Assembly: GCF_018350175.1 (NCBI RefSeq)
Contig: NC_058369.1
Span: 13,270,001 to 13,334,000 of the forward strand
Length of the DNA stretch: 64,000 nucleotides
Origin: Felis catus
Taxonomy: Eukaryota
Direction of reading: 5' to 3'
Positions 1-12,022 of the stretch are shown in pieces. The stretch's first letter is position 1, and each line of letters begins with the position of its first letter. The notes beneath the pieces were generated by a model. It had not been told where the DNA came from, ran no database searches, and saw nothing but the letters and a program-made list of their open reading frames with translations. The translations under genes and the position numbers were made by a program.

Positions 1-627
1 TGGAGAGGGGCAGAGAGAGAGGGAGACAGGGGATCTGAAGCAGGCTCTACACTGTCAACGCAGAGCCCGATGCAGGGCTTGAACCCACGAGCATTGGAAG
101 CTGTATGAAATCCATTGTGCAAACAGGTTTCCCAGGATTGTATTTTGAACAGGTGAGACAAGCGAGATAGGCACTTCTGGTGGCTTTATTGCCATTCCCC
201 ACCAGCACTGGTTCATGGATGCTCTCATTTTGTTAAGAGACCAATGGCTTAGTGCCTATACAGTGGTGACTCGTGGGAATTTCAGGATTTCTGCTAGGGC
301 CGAATTCCTTGGTCCAAACCAGAGTTCTCTCTTTTTATCAAACCAACAATTATTAGATTCCCAATATTGTTTTTTCCTTTTCCGGAGCCAATTATTGGAT
401 GTCTCTGGTCAGTCGTTTCCAAATTATCGTGTGGGAGAATGTCCCTTTGGACCATGACAGAGGTTTAGCCATTGGCTTTCTGGAGAGCAGCATTTGGGGC
501 AGAAACATCAGCGAGGTGGTTTATTTTGTCCTCCAGGGATTTGAGTCTGGAATGCCTGGCCATCTTAATAATAGCCTGAGAAACCAGCACATGTATGGCA
601 GCTAATAAATTTTGGACACAGGAGCCA

Positions 628-850
628 TTTTTTTTAATTAAATTTTTAAAAATGTTTATTTATTTTTGAGAGAGAGAGACAGAGTGTGAGCAGGGGAGGG
701 GCAGGGAGAAAGGGAGACACAGAATCCGAAGCAGGCTCCAGGCTCTGAGCTGTCAGCACAGAGCCCGACGCGGGGCTCGAACTCACGAACCACGAGATCA
801 CGATCTGAGCCGAAGTCAGACGCTCAACCGACGGAGCCACCCGGGTGCCC
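628..850 (-). mobile_element. Carnivore tRNA-derived SINE (SINEC_Fc-type)
   Basis: GGGGCACCCGGGTGGCTC head, (CT)n and A-rich tail on the minus strand. Confidence 0.9.
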
Positions 851-1328
851 CAGGCCTGTTGTTTTTAGTAAGCCATATGGCGATTGAGCTTGAAGAGAGA
901 AGTTCTGCCAGTAGTGCTCCAGTCCAAGAAAGCCTTGTAATGGGCACTTATTTTCAGATTTGGGGAAATTCAGGATGCCTTGAAGGCTGCCTGGATCCAA
1001 ACTTGTTCTGAGACCAAGTGAGCGAATAGCAATTTTTCTTTGGAGGCTTTATGGCCCTTTAAGGTCACAAATGTTAACAGGTGGATGCTGTCTTTCTGTG
1101 AAGAGGTTTCAGAAGGGGAGCAGAGAGGCCACTCCTGGGCATATGGTAACAAAGTAGAACCTTCAGGAAAGGTTATGGTCATCCAAATCAGCTGCGAAGA
1201 TTTGTGAAAAGAAGGACCCTCTGCCAAGCCGAAGGCGTTCCTGCCCAGGTATATTGCCATCCTTCCCAAGTGAAAGCAAAAAGGTATTGGCTTTCCTCGT
1301 CAATTGCAATACTCAAAAAACTCGCTGA

Positions 1329-1825
1329 GGGATGTCCGGGTGGCTCAGTGGGTCAAGCATCTGACTTCAGCTCAGGGCATGGTCTCATGGTTCATGAGTT
1401 CGAGCCCCGCGTTGGGGCTCTGTGCTGACAGCTCAGAGCCCGGAGCCTGCTTCGGATTCTGTGTCTCCCTCTCTCTCTGCCCCTTCCCCGCTCTCTCTCA
1501 AAAATAAATAATAATAGGGATACAGGAGTGCTGAGGCATAGGGGGACTCGTACCCCAATGTTTATAGCAGCACTCTCAACAATAGCCAAATAGGGGCGCC
1601 TGGGTGGCGCAGTCGGTTAAGCGTCCGACTTCAGCCAGGTCACGATCTCGCGGTCCATGAGTTCGGAGCCCCGCGTCGGGCTCTGGGCTGATGGCTCAGA
1701 GCCTGGAGCCTGTTTCCCATTCTGTGTCTCCCTCTCTCTCTGCCCCTCCCCCGTTCATGCTCTGTCTCTCTCTGTCCCAAAAATAAATAAACGTTGAAAA
1801 AAAAATTAAAAAAAAAACAAAAAAA
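1329..1825 (+). mobile_element. Two carnivore SINEs (1329-1515, 1593-1825)
   Basis: Consensus head, (CT)n and poly-A tail. Confidence 0.9.
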
Positions 1826-2290
1826 CAATAGCCAAATTATGGAAAGAGCCTAAATGTCCATCAACTGATGAATGGATAAAGAAATTGTGGTTTATATACA
1901 CAATGGAATCCTACGTGGCAATGAGAAAGAATGAAATCTGGCCTTTTGTAGCAACGTGGATGGAACTGGAGAGTGTGATGCTGAGTGAAGTAAGTCCTAC
2001 AGAGAAAGACAGATACCATAGGTTTTCACTCTTAGGCGGATCCTGAGAAACTTAACAGAAGACCGTGGGGGAAGGGAAGGAAAAAAAAAGTTAGAGAGGG
2101 AGGGAGCCAACCCATAAGAGACTCTTAAACACTGAGAATAAACTGAGGGTTGATGGGGGGTGGGGGTGGGGGGCAGGTGATGGGCACTGAGGAGGGCACC
2201 TGTCGGGATGAGCCCTGAGTGTTGTATGGAAACCAATTTGACAATAAATGTCATATTAAAAAAATAATAAATAAATAAATAAATAACAAA
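1517..2290 (+). mobile_element. 5'-truncated carnivore LINE-1 3' end with nested SINE
   Basis: ORF2 C-terminal/3'UTR signature (CCCAATGTTTATAGCAGCACT...GATGAATGGATAAAGAAA...GGATGGAACTGGAG) and (TAAA)n tail. The SINE at 1593-1825 is flanked by TSD AACAATAGCCAAAT. Confidence 0.9.
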
Positions 2291-3503
2291 ACATTAAAAA
2301 AATTCGACAACTCACTGAATAAATCAATTACAGAGGAAAACATTGGCTTTCAGTGGGAATGGGTGTCACAGAACGGGAGCCACAGGGTGCTGAGGGGTGA
2401 CAATGCTATTTATTGCTCGGAGGTCCCGGACAAACCTCCACCCTTGGCCTGTTGGGTTTTCTCCCAGGTAAAGTAGGGGTGTTACAGGACACGTGCAGCG
2501 GATAATGAGGCCATGAGCCTTGTAGTCCTCTATCGTGGGCCCGATGATAGGCTTATTATCATTATATATCATTATTTATAGGCTACTCATCAATTCCAGG
2601 GAGAACTTTGAAGGGAGCTATTTGAATCTCGCCGCGAGGGGTTGTGAGTTCGGCAGCCATCCGTTGAAGATCTGGCCCGGGGAAGAGGACGCAAGCTGTT
2701 CCCAAAGGGACAAGTGCGCAGTGCCCGCAGACTCCACGGGTCGTGCTGTCAGACGCGGAGCAAATAAAAGATGTCAAAGGGTCCTCTGGTCCACCTGCTG
2801 GGTGACTTTGACTACCACCGTCAAATGCGAGAGTTGTATCCCCCTGTTGGACGGAAGAAATCCCAGCGTGGTACTTTTCTGAGAAATCTCGGCCCAACAC
2901 ATGAATGGGAGCAGAGGAGCTAAGGAGAAAAGGGTGTGCGTCTCTCAAAGGGCGCAAAGGGGATTAAGTTCAGAGACAGGAACATGTTGAAGGCTATCAG
3001 AGCCCCCGACTACGTGAACTGCTCTCTAGTCCTCCCAGGCAGGGGCTACTGGAGAGCAGTGGGTTGAGCTCTGAGGGTGGCTCTGGTGTCCGTAAGGACA
3101 CAGAGAGATTCATTCCCCAACTGGAGACAGGTTTCTCTGAGCCAGTTAAGAGGGAGGACTGGGAAGAACCCCGGTCCCTGAGAATTAGAAGGGGGTCGGA
3201 AAGGCTGGCTGGGGGCTGAAGGCGCCTGGGGCACTTAAATTGGTAACAATCTTTTTTTCCGATGTTCTAGCCCTTGGCAACAATAGCAGAAAATGGCCGG
3301 GCGGGGGTGGCGGGGGAGGTTGGTGTGGGTTGGGGGCCTTCATTTGCTGGAGCTGAAAATTGAGAATTAGCAGGCTTTCCTCTGGCTGACTCATCTAGGA
3401 TGTCAGAGAGGTGGTTTGCCAAATTAAATCTGGAGCGGAGACAGATTTCTCCTTCCATCCTGGTCCTTTTAACTGGTTCAGCCCATTAATCAAACAAAGG
3501 GTT

Positions 3504-4856
3504 GGGGCGCCTGGGTGGCTCAGTCGGTTAAGCGTCTGACTTTGGCTCAGGTCATGATCTCGCGATTCATGAGTTCGAGCCCCGCATCGGGCTCTGTGCT
3601 GACAGCTCAGAGCCTGGAGCCTGTTTCAGATTCTGTGTCTCCCTCTCTCTCTGCCCCTCCCCTGCTCATGCTCTGTCTCTCTCTGTCTCAAAAATAAATA
3701 AAAACATTAAAAAAAATTTTTTTTAAACAAAAAAACAAAGGGTTAAATGCTACCTGGGTGGATCCAACATCTAAAGGAAGACCAGAATTTTCTTTCAGGG
3801 CAATTTAAGTGGCGCCCGGGTGGCTCGGTCATGAAGCGTCTACCTTCAGCTCAAGTCATGATTTCACGGTCGTGGGTTCAAGCCCCACGTCGGGCTCTCC
3901 GCTATCAGGGCAGAGCCCACTTCAGATCCTCTGTCCCCCCCTCTCTCCGCCCCTCCCTTTCTAGCTCTCAAAAACAATATGTAAGTAAATAAATAATAAA
4001 AAAAAATCAATTTGACATTGATTAAATGGCCCTGAACAGGTTCACCAGGTTTTTACGTACAAGCCTGAATCTTGTTCCAAAAGCTACTATAATTGCTCAG
4101 TGGAGATTTCCAGCGAGAATTCTAGCATCTTGCCACAAGTTAGGGGTCTGTTTCTCCAAATCCCTTTCAGGATGTTCTCACCAGGTAGTGTGTGTCATCC
4201 AGTGTTTGGCCTGGCCCTCACCACCGAGCATGTGGATTAATTGGTAAAAATCTCAGAAACCAATTGGTAAGTTTTGAATAACAAGGCTAAATTCATCAGC
4301 AAACCTATGGGGTTCCTCGGTCACCTTGGGAAACCCTGACCCTGGGGGCACCTGGGTGGCTCAGTCGGTTAAGTAAGTACCTGACTCTTGATTTTGGCTC
4401 AGGTTGTGATCTCACCATTTAGGGGTTTGAGCTCTCACAGCAGACAGAGCCTGCTGGAGAATCTCCCTTTTTCTGACCCTCCCCTGCTCACTTGCTCTCT
4501 CTCTCTTTCTCTCAAAAAAAAAAAAAAAAAAAAAAATAGGGGGGAACTCTTGCTCATAGTTCATACTTAACCCAGAGAACTGTAAGAAGTTTGGGGTTTC
4601 TTTGGTTCCTCACTTTCATTATTATTTTTAACGTTTTATTTACTTTCGAGAGAGAGAGAGAGACTGAGCAGGGAGGGGCAGAGAGAGAGAGGAAGACAGA
4701 ATCGGAAGCGGGCTCCAGGCTCGGAGTTGCCAGCACAGAGCAAGACACGGGGTTCGAACTCACGATCTGTCAGATCATGGCCTGAGACGAAGCTGGACGC
4801 TTAACCCACTCAGCCACCACCCAGGCGCCCCTATTTTATTTTCAAGTTTATTTATT

Positions 4857-4895
<39 letters not shown>

Positions 4896-5044
4896 AAGTA
4901 ACAGGCAGAGAGGGGGGGAGAAGTGCGGAGCCTGATGCAGGGCTTGAGTTCACCCAACGCGAGGCTCGAACTCATGATCCAGGAGATCAGACCGGAGCCG
5001 AAGTGAAGCCGGATGCTTAACACACTCAGCCACCCAGGCGCCCC
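3504..5044. mobile_element. Cluster of five SINEs inside ERV gag (+3504-3735, +3810-4010, +4345-4540, -4622-4831, -4833-5044)
   Basis: Consensus SINE heads and tails; the first has TSD AAACAAAGGGTT. Confidence 0.85.
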
Positions 5045-5562
5045 GGGACTGCACTTTCTAAACTTAAAACCGGCCGGGGTCCCAGTAAGGGGAGCTCACA
5101 GCATTTTGATGACTAAGATCCCATTTCTTAGAAGTTTCCTCTAGAGCAAGAAGAAAAACTCCTCAACAGCCCAGTTTCAACAGGAATAGCCCAGTTCCAG
5201 AAGGAATCGGAACAAAGGCCAGTACAGTTCCAATTGGAGCAGCTCAGTTCCGAAAAGGTGGCAGCCCAGAGGCGTCAGTTCCAATAGGAACAACCTGGTG
5301 CCCGAAAGGATACAGACCAAAGGCCAAATGAGTCCTCTCAGAAAAGACAAAGCCTTAAAACAGATCCTGAATGAAAACCCGGAGAGCTCAAAACACACAG
5401 ACAGCAGAGCTTAAAATCCAGGAGAGACCTACCCTCCATGGTTGGGAAGAAAGTATTAGGGCTCCGTTGGCTCTGTGGGTTCTGGCACCTTTTTGCTTAC
5501 CAGCCTCAGGATTGTTGGGGGGGGTGGTTCTTCTCTGGATCCCACTTGTAATCACCAAATAA

Positions 5563-6244
5563 TGTTAATCTTAAAAATAGGGGCGCCTGGGTGATTCAGG
5601 TCGCTGAACATCGGCCTCTTGATCTCAGCTCAGTTCATGACCACAGGGTCCTGGGAGCAAGCCCCGTGTTGGTCTCTGTGCTGAGCATGGAGACTGCTTG
5701 GAAGTCTCTCTCTTTCTCTCTCTCCCTGTCTCCCTCTGCCCTGCTCTCTCTCTCTCTCTCTCTCTCTTAAAAATAATTTTTAAAAATAAAATTAAAATTA
5801 AACAGCTGGTTAGTTTACCAGCAAAATGGATTTATTCGAGAACAGCAGAGAAACCACAACTTGGGACAAGCAAGCTCTGGCATAACTATGGGCATGTCAA
5901 AAAACAAAGGAGAGGGGGAACAGTTGTTTTATGGAGAAGGAGTTAGTTGGGAGGGGTTGTTTTGACCTAAAGCCCATTGGAGAAAAACAGAAGTTCAGGG
6001 TGATTGACGGCATTTACTGGCTGAGTTTGACACTTTTACTGGCCGAGGGCCAGGGGTAATTGATCTCTTACGGGGAAATGCAAAAGTCTACCTCTTCCCC
6101 TTTAGGGCCTGCCATTGATAATTCTTCCCTCTTGATGCTCTTCTGTTGGATCTGTAATTGACAATTCTTCCTGCAATTGACCAGTGGTATGGCTCCCCCT
6201 TCCCAAGTCGACTTTAGCGAGGTTTCCCTTTATTAACTTTCACA
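5563..6244 (-). mobile_element. 5' LTR of the ERV (contains a SINE at ~5580-5800)
   Basis: Minus strand reads TGTGAAAG...TTAACA, with CCAAT (5976-5980), TATA-like CATAAAA (5927-5933) and AATAAA (5831-5836) in the expected order, followed by a PBS-like TGGTGATTACAAGTGGGAT (5539-5557). Confidence 0.7.
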
Positions 6245-6420
6245 GAATAGACACTGTGTCCATCCACTGGTCTGTTGATGGACTCTGGAGTTGTTTCCAC
6301 CTTTTGGCTACCGTGAATAGCCCTGCTAGGGACATGCATGTACGAGGATTTGCTTGAACACCAGTTTGCAGTTCTCTTGGGTAGCTACCTACCAGGAGAA
6401 CCGCTTGGGTGATGAGATAC
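6245..6420 (-). mobile_element. Old LINE-1 3' fragment adjoining the ERV LTR
   Basis: GTTGATGGAC...GTTGTTTCCACCTTTTGGCTA..GTGAATAG is the antisense L1 3' signature. Confidence 0.7.
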
Positions 6421-7439
6421 TTCCTTCTGGGTGCAAGGTGAACCAGGGCCCTCCAGCACCCTCATCTACCCGGGAAGATTATGGAGTCACTCCTGCTGTC
6501 TCCATGCGTCTACCTTCAGACCTGGCAGGCCTCAGTTTCCTGCAGCCACTGGGGCTGGGCGTGCCTCAGCTGACTTCCTCCACGTGACTCTGAACACAAG
6601 ATTGCATCTAAATTTCCAGGGCAAGGGATACAGGAAGTGTCTGTTGCAGAGGGGATGGGAGGGGCTGCTCCCTCCAGATCCTTGTGCGGCCCATGAATTC
6701 AGAAAACCCAAGGGACCCCATAAGGTAAAAGCAAGGAACCTAAACTGAAACCTGAGCTGACGCTCCCCACCCCCAACCCCGGGGGGGGGGGGGGGAATTG
6801 ACCTCAACAGGCTCCAAAGTTACAGCATTTTTCCTGGCAAGAAAGTGTGGGTGGGCACCCAGTGCAGCATGAAATGCCCACGTTTGGTGCAGTGACATTT
6901 GATGCAATGGCCCTTCATACCCGCAGTGTATGGAGGTGACGCACGTGCTCTGTGTTGACCCTGCTCCCCAGACCTCTCCCAACTAAAGGAGCCAGGGCTT
7001 AGTTCCTCCATTTTCTGCGGCAGGAAACTGAGGCACACCCACCCAGGACGCGCCCCCCTTTCCTCCTTGGGGCGGGGAGGCAGGCGGTGACTCGAACCAT
7101 CACCTGGTTCACACCTACGGAACTGGTTCTCCCCCAAACCAGAGCTCCCGACCCCAACGTGTCAAGGCTAGAAATTTCAGACGCGGCGTGAGGCAGGATT
7201 CGGATCTTTACCAACCCCAACCGCAAGAAACTTCAAATCTGACCTCCAACTTCCAGAACCTCTCCCATCCCGAGGGCTGTGGGTTCAGGACAGGCTTTCG
7301 GGTTGCGGAGTCTTCAAACCCCTTGCAGAGATCCGAGGAGCCCCTGGGCTCAACCTGCTTTGCTGTCGCCCTTTCCATCATCTCTTCATCGAACACAGGG
7401 TGGATCAACCCTGCACGGGGCCCCGTGCCAGGGGCTGGG

Positions 7440-7857
7440 AAGGCACTGCTTGCACACCCCCGGGCCGCGGGGAGCTCACTCTCTGGCTGGCGGGGGCGGG
7501 TGGGGGGAGGGCGGGACCCAATTGGGGTTGAGAGCCCCGAGGGCGCGCGCCGGAGGTGGTAGAGGAAGGTTGAGGTGGGAGCCGGCGGGCAGAGGTGAAG
7601 GGGCGGGGTCGGGAGGGGAAGAAGGGAGGGGCCGGCGGGGTGAATTTCTACTGGGCTCTTAAGCAGCTCGGCCAGGCGCGGAGAGGGGAGCCTGGAGGGA
7701 GGTGAGGCTGGGAGGAGGCAGGAAGGAATTAAACCTGGGGGGGGGGGGGCGGACGGAGGAAGGTAGGCGGAGGCTCGCGCGCAGGTGAAGCTCTCCCTCC
7801 TGCTCGCAGCGCAGAGGAGCCAAGAGGTCAGAGGCTGGACCGTGGTCCGGGGTGAGT
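7440..7857 (+). promoter_or_regulatory. B3GNT3: CpG/GC-box-rich promoter and probable non-coding exon 1 of B3GNT3 (donor G|GTGAGT at 7851/7852)
   Basis: Multiple GGGCGG boxes and CpG enrichment followed by a consensus 5' splice site ~11.3 kb upstream of the ATG exon. The TSS cannot be placed from sequence alone. Confidence 0.6.
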
Positions 7858-10800
7858 GTTGGGGGCTCCTGAGGACCTGGCGGACCTCCGGGGTGGGGAG
7901 AGGAGAAGTCGGGGCTCTAGGGAAGCCCAGGCAGGTCCCTGGGGTCGGGTCTCCACCGCGCTTACCCTCAAGATGCCGGGAGATCCCGGAGCCCCAGGTC
8001 TCAATGACTCCGTGGCCCTCACCCATCAGTGATAGTCGTCGCCGGCATCTCCAAGACCGGCTCGAGCCTGGCGGGCGAGGAAGCCTCTCCTGGCGCTGTC
8101 CCGTCGCAGCTCTGGACATAGGGAGGCGTCCCTGGACCCCTGTCCCCACTCCCCAACGCCCACTTCCCAGGAAAGGGCCGAATCAGAATGGAGAAGTGAA
8201 GGGCGCTCTTCGGGCTCCGGCTGTTACTCTTAACTGTCGTCGTTTGTGTCGAGATTGTTGGCGCACTGATAGGGTGTGGCAGAAACAGCACCCTGGTGCC
8301 CAGGCTGGGGTTTTTATTGTTTCTTGAGGGAACCACCGCTGACCGCCAGCCTTCCCAGGCGCTGGGGACCTCAGCTCACGGCTCCCTCTAGGGTTCCCAA
8401 CCCTCCCTGTTCGGCCAATGCCCGGCTCGGTGGCCTGGGCAGGGTGCCCCTGGTTTTTGAACGCACCTCAGTGTCACCTCCCTGACTGACTAGGACAATG
8501 ACTCAGCTTCCATTTGGTTGCCCGAGATGTCCGGCCAGCGGCAGTTTTTATGACGGGGGCCCCCTGGCCCCTGGGGGACCTCAAGAGAGTGACTTTGGGT
8601 CTCTGAGTTTCCGTTCCCCTATGTGTCAAGGTGGGGCGGGTTGGAGGGGACTGTGGGGAGGGTCAAGTACGTGGGCTCGCACTGCAGCCGTGGAGTGAGT
8701 GGACATCCAGGGAAAGCCAGCTGTCACTGTATTAAGTATTACTGTATCATTAGCCACCCTTCCAGGTTCCCCGGGGGTGCGAGTTTTTTTATGGCCATTT
8801 TTCAGATGGGGAAACTGAGCTCTCCCACTTCCCCCGTCCCCCCCCCCCCCCCCAGAGCCTCCTGTACTCCAGCTTTGGGGCCAGCCCTGGGGCTACAGCC
8901 TCCTCGCACCGCCCTGCGGGTTCCTAAGGCGGCCACCCCGCCAGGCAAGGGCTGAGGAGTCTTGAGAAAGAGGTGTGGACCCTGTGTCGGGCAGCGGGGG
9001 CCCCAGTCAACCCAAGTGAGAGGATTGTTCGTCCAACCCAGATGGGTACCTTTCCCTTTCTCCCTCACCGGTCGGGTGTGGCAGTTCCTTCCAGGTGCCC
9101 TGGGTGTGGGGGAACCAAGGAGGGGCCTCGAAACGTCCCTTCTCCAGGCCAGAGCTTGAGGGATTCAGACAGGCTTCCTTGGCCCAGGAACCCCAGGGCT
9201 GGGCTAGGTGAGCCTTGAAGGAGGAGGGAAGGTGTTACTGGACGCCTTCTCTTCCTGCCACTGCCTCTGAGGCCCAGAGTGGGACAGTGACTTGTCCCCC
9301 CACACCCCCCCCCATGAATCAAGAAGGCTACCCACTGTGATCCGGCCCCCTGATGGGAGTGTGGCTCAGCTTGATCCCCGTCATGGGGAGCTCACTACCA
9401 GCACAGCAAACTAAAGGAAGCCTCGTCAGGCAGGGATTGAGGTCCCACGTGACCTTCCTTGGATGAGGGCTCTGTGCCTCAGTTTCCCTATCCATAAAAA
9501 ACCAGGCCAATAAAGCCCTCCCTGCCAGTCGCAGGTGTGGTGGGTGGAGAGCAGGTGGTCCAAATGGGACCACACACAGGGCTTAAGAGGTGTTAACAGG
9601 TATTAACTCTAATCCTGACTGAAGGAGGGCATGAAGGTGTGGGGGGCTTTCGGGAGGCCCCCAGAGGAAGGTCCCATGAGACCTCGATTCCTCCATCTAG
9701 GAAACAAGTCCAAGGATGTCCTTTGAGGCTCGGCTGGGGCAGGGCCGGCATTTCGTTCGAGGCCGCAGGTCCCCACCTGGCCCATCCCACGTACCCTGAG
9801 CAGTTTCTGAGGTGAGCTCTCCCAGGTCACCTCCTCCACGGAGCCATCCTGGACGAGCCCTTTTTTCCTGCCCCTCCCCGCCCCCCCCCGCCGCTCTGCT
9901 TACAAAAATAACTTCTATTTCTTGCAAAAAGGGACCGGTCCATCATTACTGGGAGGCCTAGCTGGTATGAAATCAGTGATCAGGGTCCAGCGGATCAGGG
10001 TTCAAATCCTAGCAACCACTCTTGGCCTTGGTTGGATGTGTGACCTCTGGTGGGGGGCGGGGGGTGAGCACTCCCTTTCTGGGCCCAGCTCAATCACCTG
10101 GGAACTGGAGATTAGGTCTGCCTGGAAGGTAGTTCACGGGCTTCACAAGGACAGTCACAGGGATCACGCCCAGGCCGGGGCCTCACACCCTCTCCTGCAA
10201 ATACCCTGAGTCCCACCCTTGAGTCTCTTCCAGGAACTTCTCTAGAAAGCTGTCGCATTCACTGCCTTTCTGCCCCTGATTCACACATCAGCTCCGTGAA
10301 CACGGGCGTTTCTTGCAGTCATCTTGGCCGCGTGCCCAGAACGTATACCGAGGGCATGGCACACACTAGGTGCTCGGCGGTGGCTCAGCAGTCACAGCGT
10401 GTACGTGACAACGGTCACTGACGCTGACGTTAACTGGTCCTTGTTGGCGCTTCCTAAATGTGTGGTTTGGCTTACAGCCTGTCTCAGGACCCCGGTCGCC
10501 GTGCGCACAACTGGGGTTCTGTCACCACCACCCCCCCTGCCCCTCCCCTTGCCTTCCGGAAGTCCCAGAACGTTCCATGCCCTTTTCACAATCCCAGCTG
10601 AGCCTTGTCAAGTTAAGTACAGCATGAGGAAGACCCCATTGAGGCCGGTATTCATTCGCCTGCGGGAAGTGAGCCGTGGGTTAGCAGCTGACAGCATCCG
10701 GCTTTGCAGATGAGGCCCAGAAGGGACCCGCTACCGGCCCCGGGTCCACCGACGGGGCCGCCACAGCCGACTTCGGGGGCTGTCGGTCTTCGCGGCTGCT

Positions 10801-11788
10801 GGGCGAGGGTTTTAGCCGTCACTTCTCTGATTCAGAAACTGAGACCCAGCGACTGGGGCAGGGAGTGTGTCTGATGGGCCCGGAGAGCGGTCCAGGACTC
10901 ACCCTCTCCGGGCCTCAGTTTCGTCATCTGGAAAGTGGGAGCATCACGCGGGGAATCCCCGTGATTTGATGGGACCCTCCAAGCCCGTGTCAGGCGGGCC
11001 CGCCATGGTCTCACAGGAGCAGGCGTCCTGAACGAACGAACGAATGAATGAATGAATGAATTCTGCTGAGTGGTCAGCCCCTTCTATACTTCCCGTACTT
11101 CATCAATATTCAGTGAATCCTTAGTATTTAGTGCTGTGTATTTGCGATGAATCGTGGCCACCCAGCGACTGTATATTTTAGTCTCAGGACCCTTCAGTGG
11201 CTGGTTCATGTTCATGGTCATTTGTGTTCATGTTCACTCATGCATCACGAATGCGAACGTGGTCCGTCGTATATTAGAACTCCTGGGTGCTTCCCGCGTA
11301 TTTAGCCGGTCATTAACAGTTACGAACGTCGGGGTTCTTGCTCATTAAACGTATCATGAATATTTCAGCGCTGCGGAGATTTGGCTCTTTAGTGCATTAG
11401 TACCTCTTGGTCCCGTCTCTGCTCTACAGGCACTTGCTAACTCACCGTGACTGAATCGCCGTCGTCCCCCGAGGCCTGTAGGGCGGACGGGGCCGTGGCA
11501 CCTGTCACGTGCAGCGGGCTTTGGGCTGAAATGAGGCATGAGGAAATTGTTGACATGTGGGCCGTTGTCTTTTTCCCCCCGTTCAACAAACAGCCAGTGA
11601 GCGTCACATGGGGACACAGCTGTCGGGGGCGAGACACCTGGCCCCACCTCTGGGGCTCCAGGCCGGTTGGGCAGATAAACAGGAGAGAAGTGAGTAGATT
11701 TCCCACGTGCAGTGGTGGTGAGAGAATCAGAGCTGGGGGCAGGGTGTTTCAGCTGGGAGGTTGAGGCCCTTCTGAAAAGGCAACATTG

Positions 11789-11943
11789 AGGGCACCTGGG
11801 TGGCTCAGTTGGTTAAGCGTCCCACTTCGGCTCAGGTCATGATCTCGCGGTTTGTGAGTTCAAGCTCCGTATCGGGCTTTGCAGTGACAGCGAGGAACCT
11901 GCCTTGGATCCTCTGTTTCCCTGTCTCTGTCTGTACTCGCACA

Positions 11944-11998
<55 letters not shown>

Positions 11999-12022
11999 AA
12001 AGATAAACATTAAAAAAAAAAT
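11789..12022 (+). mobile_element. Carnivore SINE with long (CT)n
   Basis: Consensus head and tail. Confidence 0.9.

Larger units (their letters stand above)
95..5560 (-). mobile_element. Decayed class I (gamma-like/ERV1) endogenous retrovirus internal region: gag-pro-pol remnants
   Basis: Minus-strand fragments: protease (LCVLTDTRATL ~3060-3130; HPFLLSSSAPIHVLGRD ~2880-2940), RT N-terminus (GWRFVRDLRAINSIV ~2400-2450), RT palm with degenerate YxDD (LLPYAQEWPLCS...LKGHKASKEKL ~1020-1160), integrase start (CLTCSKYNPGKP..MDFIQ ~100-165). Frameshifted, deleted and interrupted by SINEs/L1. Confidence 0.85.

Noticed and set aside
3504..3735. tRNA-like heads (GGTGGCTCAGTCGGTTAAG...GTTCGAGCCC) and recurrent [13 protein letters not shown]... 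ORFs throughout the window
   Set aside because: These are tRNA-derived carnivore SINEs, not tRNA genes or a peptide family.
5165..5330. Spaced short repeats superficially resembling a CRISPR array
   Set aside because: Eukaryotic ERV leader; units are degenerate, irregularly spaced and have no cas context.
1..6400. Searched for 3' exons of the upstream neighbour expected from human synteny (FCHO1) and for an intact ERV env/pol
   Set aside because: Only fragmented, frameshifted ERV and repeats are present; the RT YxDD motif is destroyed.
7208..8327. 313-aa (-) and 180-aa (+) ORFs over the B3GNT3 promoter
   Set aside because: GC-rich, Pro/Arg/Gly-rich open frames with no recognisable domain, as expected in a CpG island.
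11084..11420. AT-rich, CpG-containing stretch of unusual composition in B3GNT3 intron 1
   Set aside because: No ORF, terminal inverted repeats or RNA motif that I can support; a Dfam/Rfam search would be needed.
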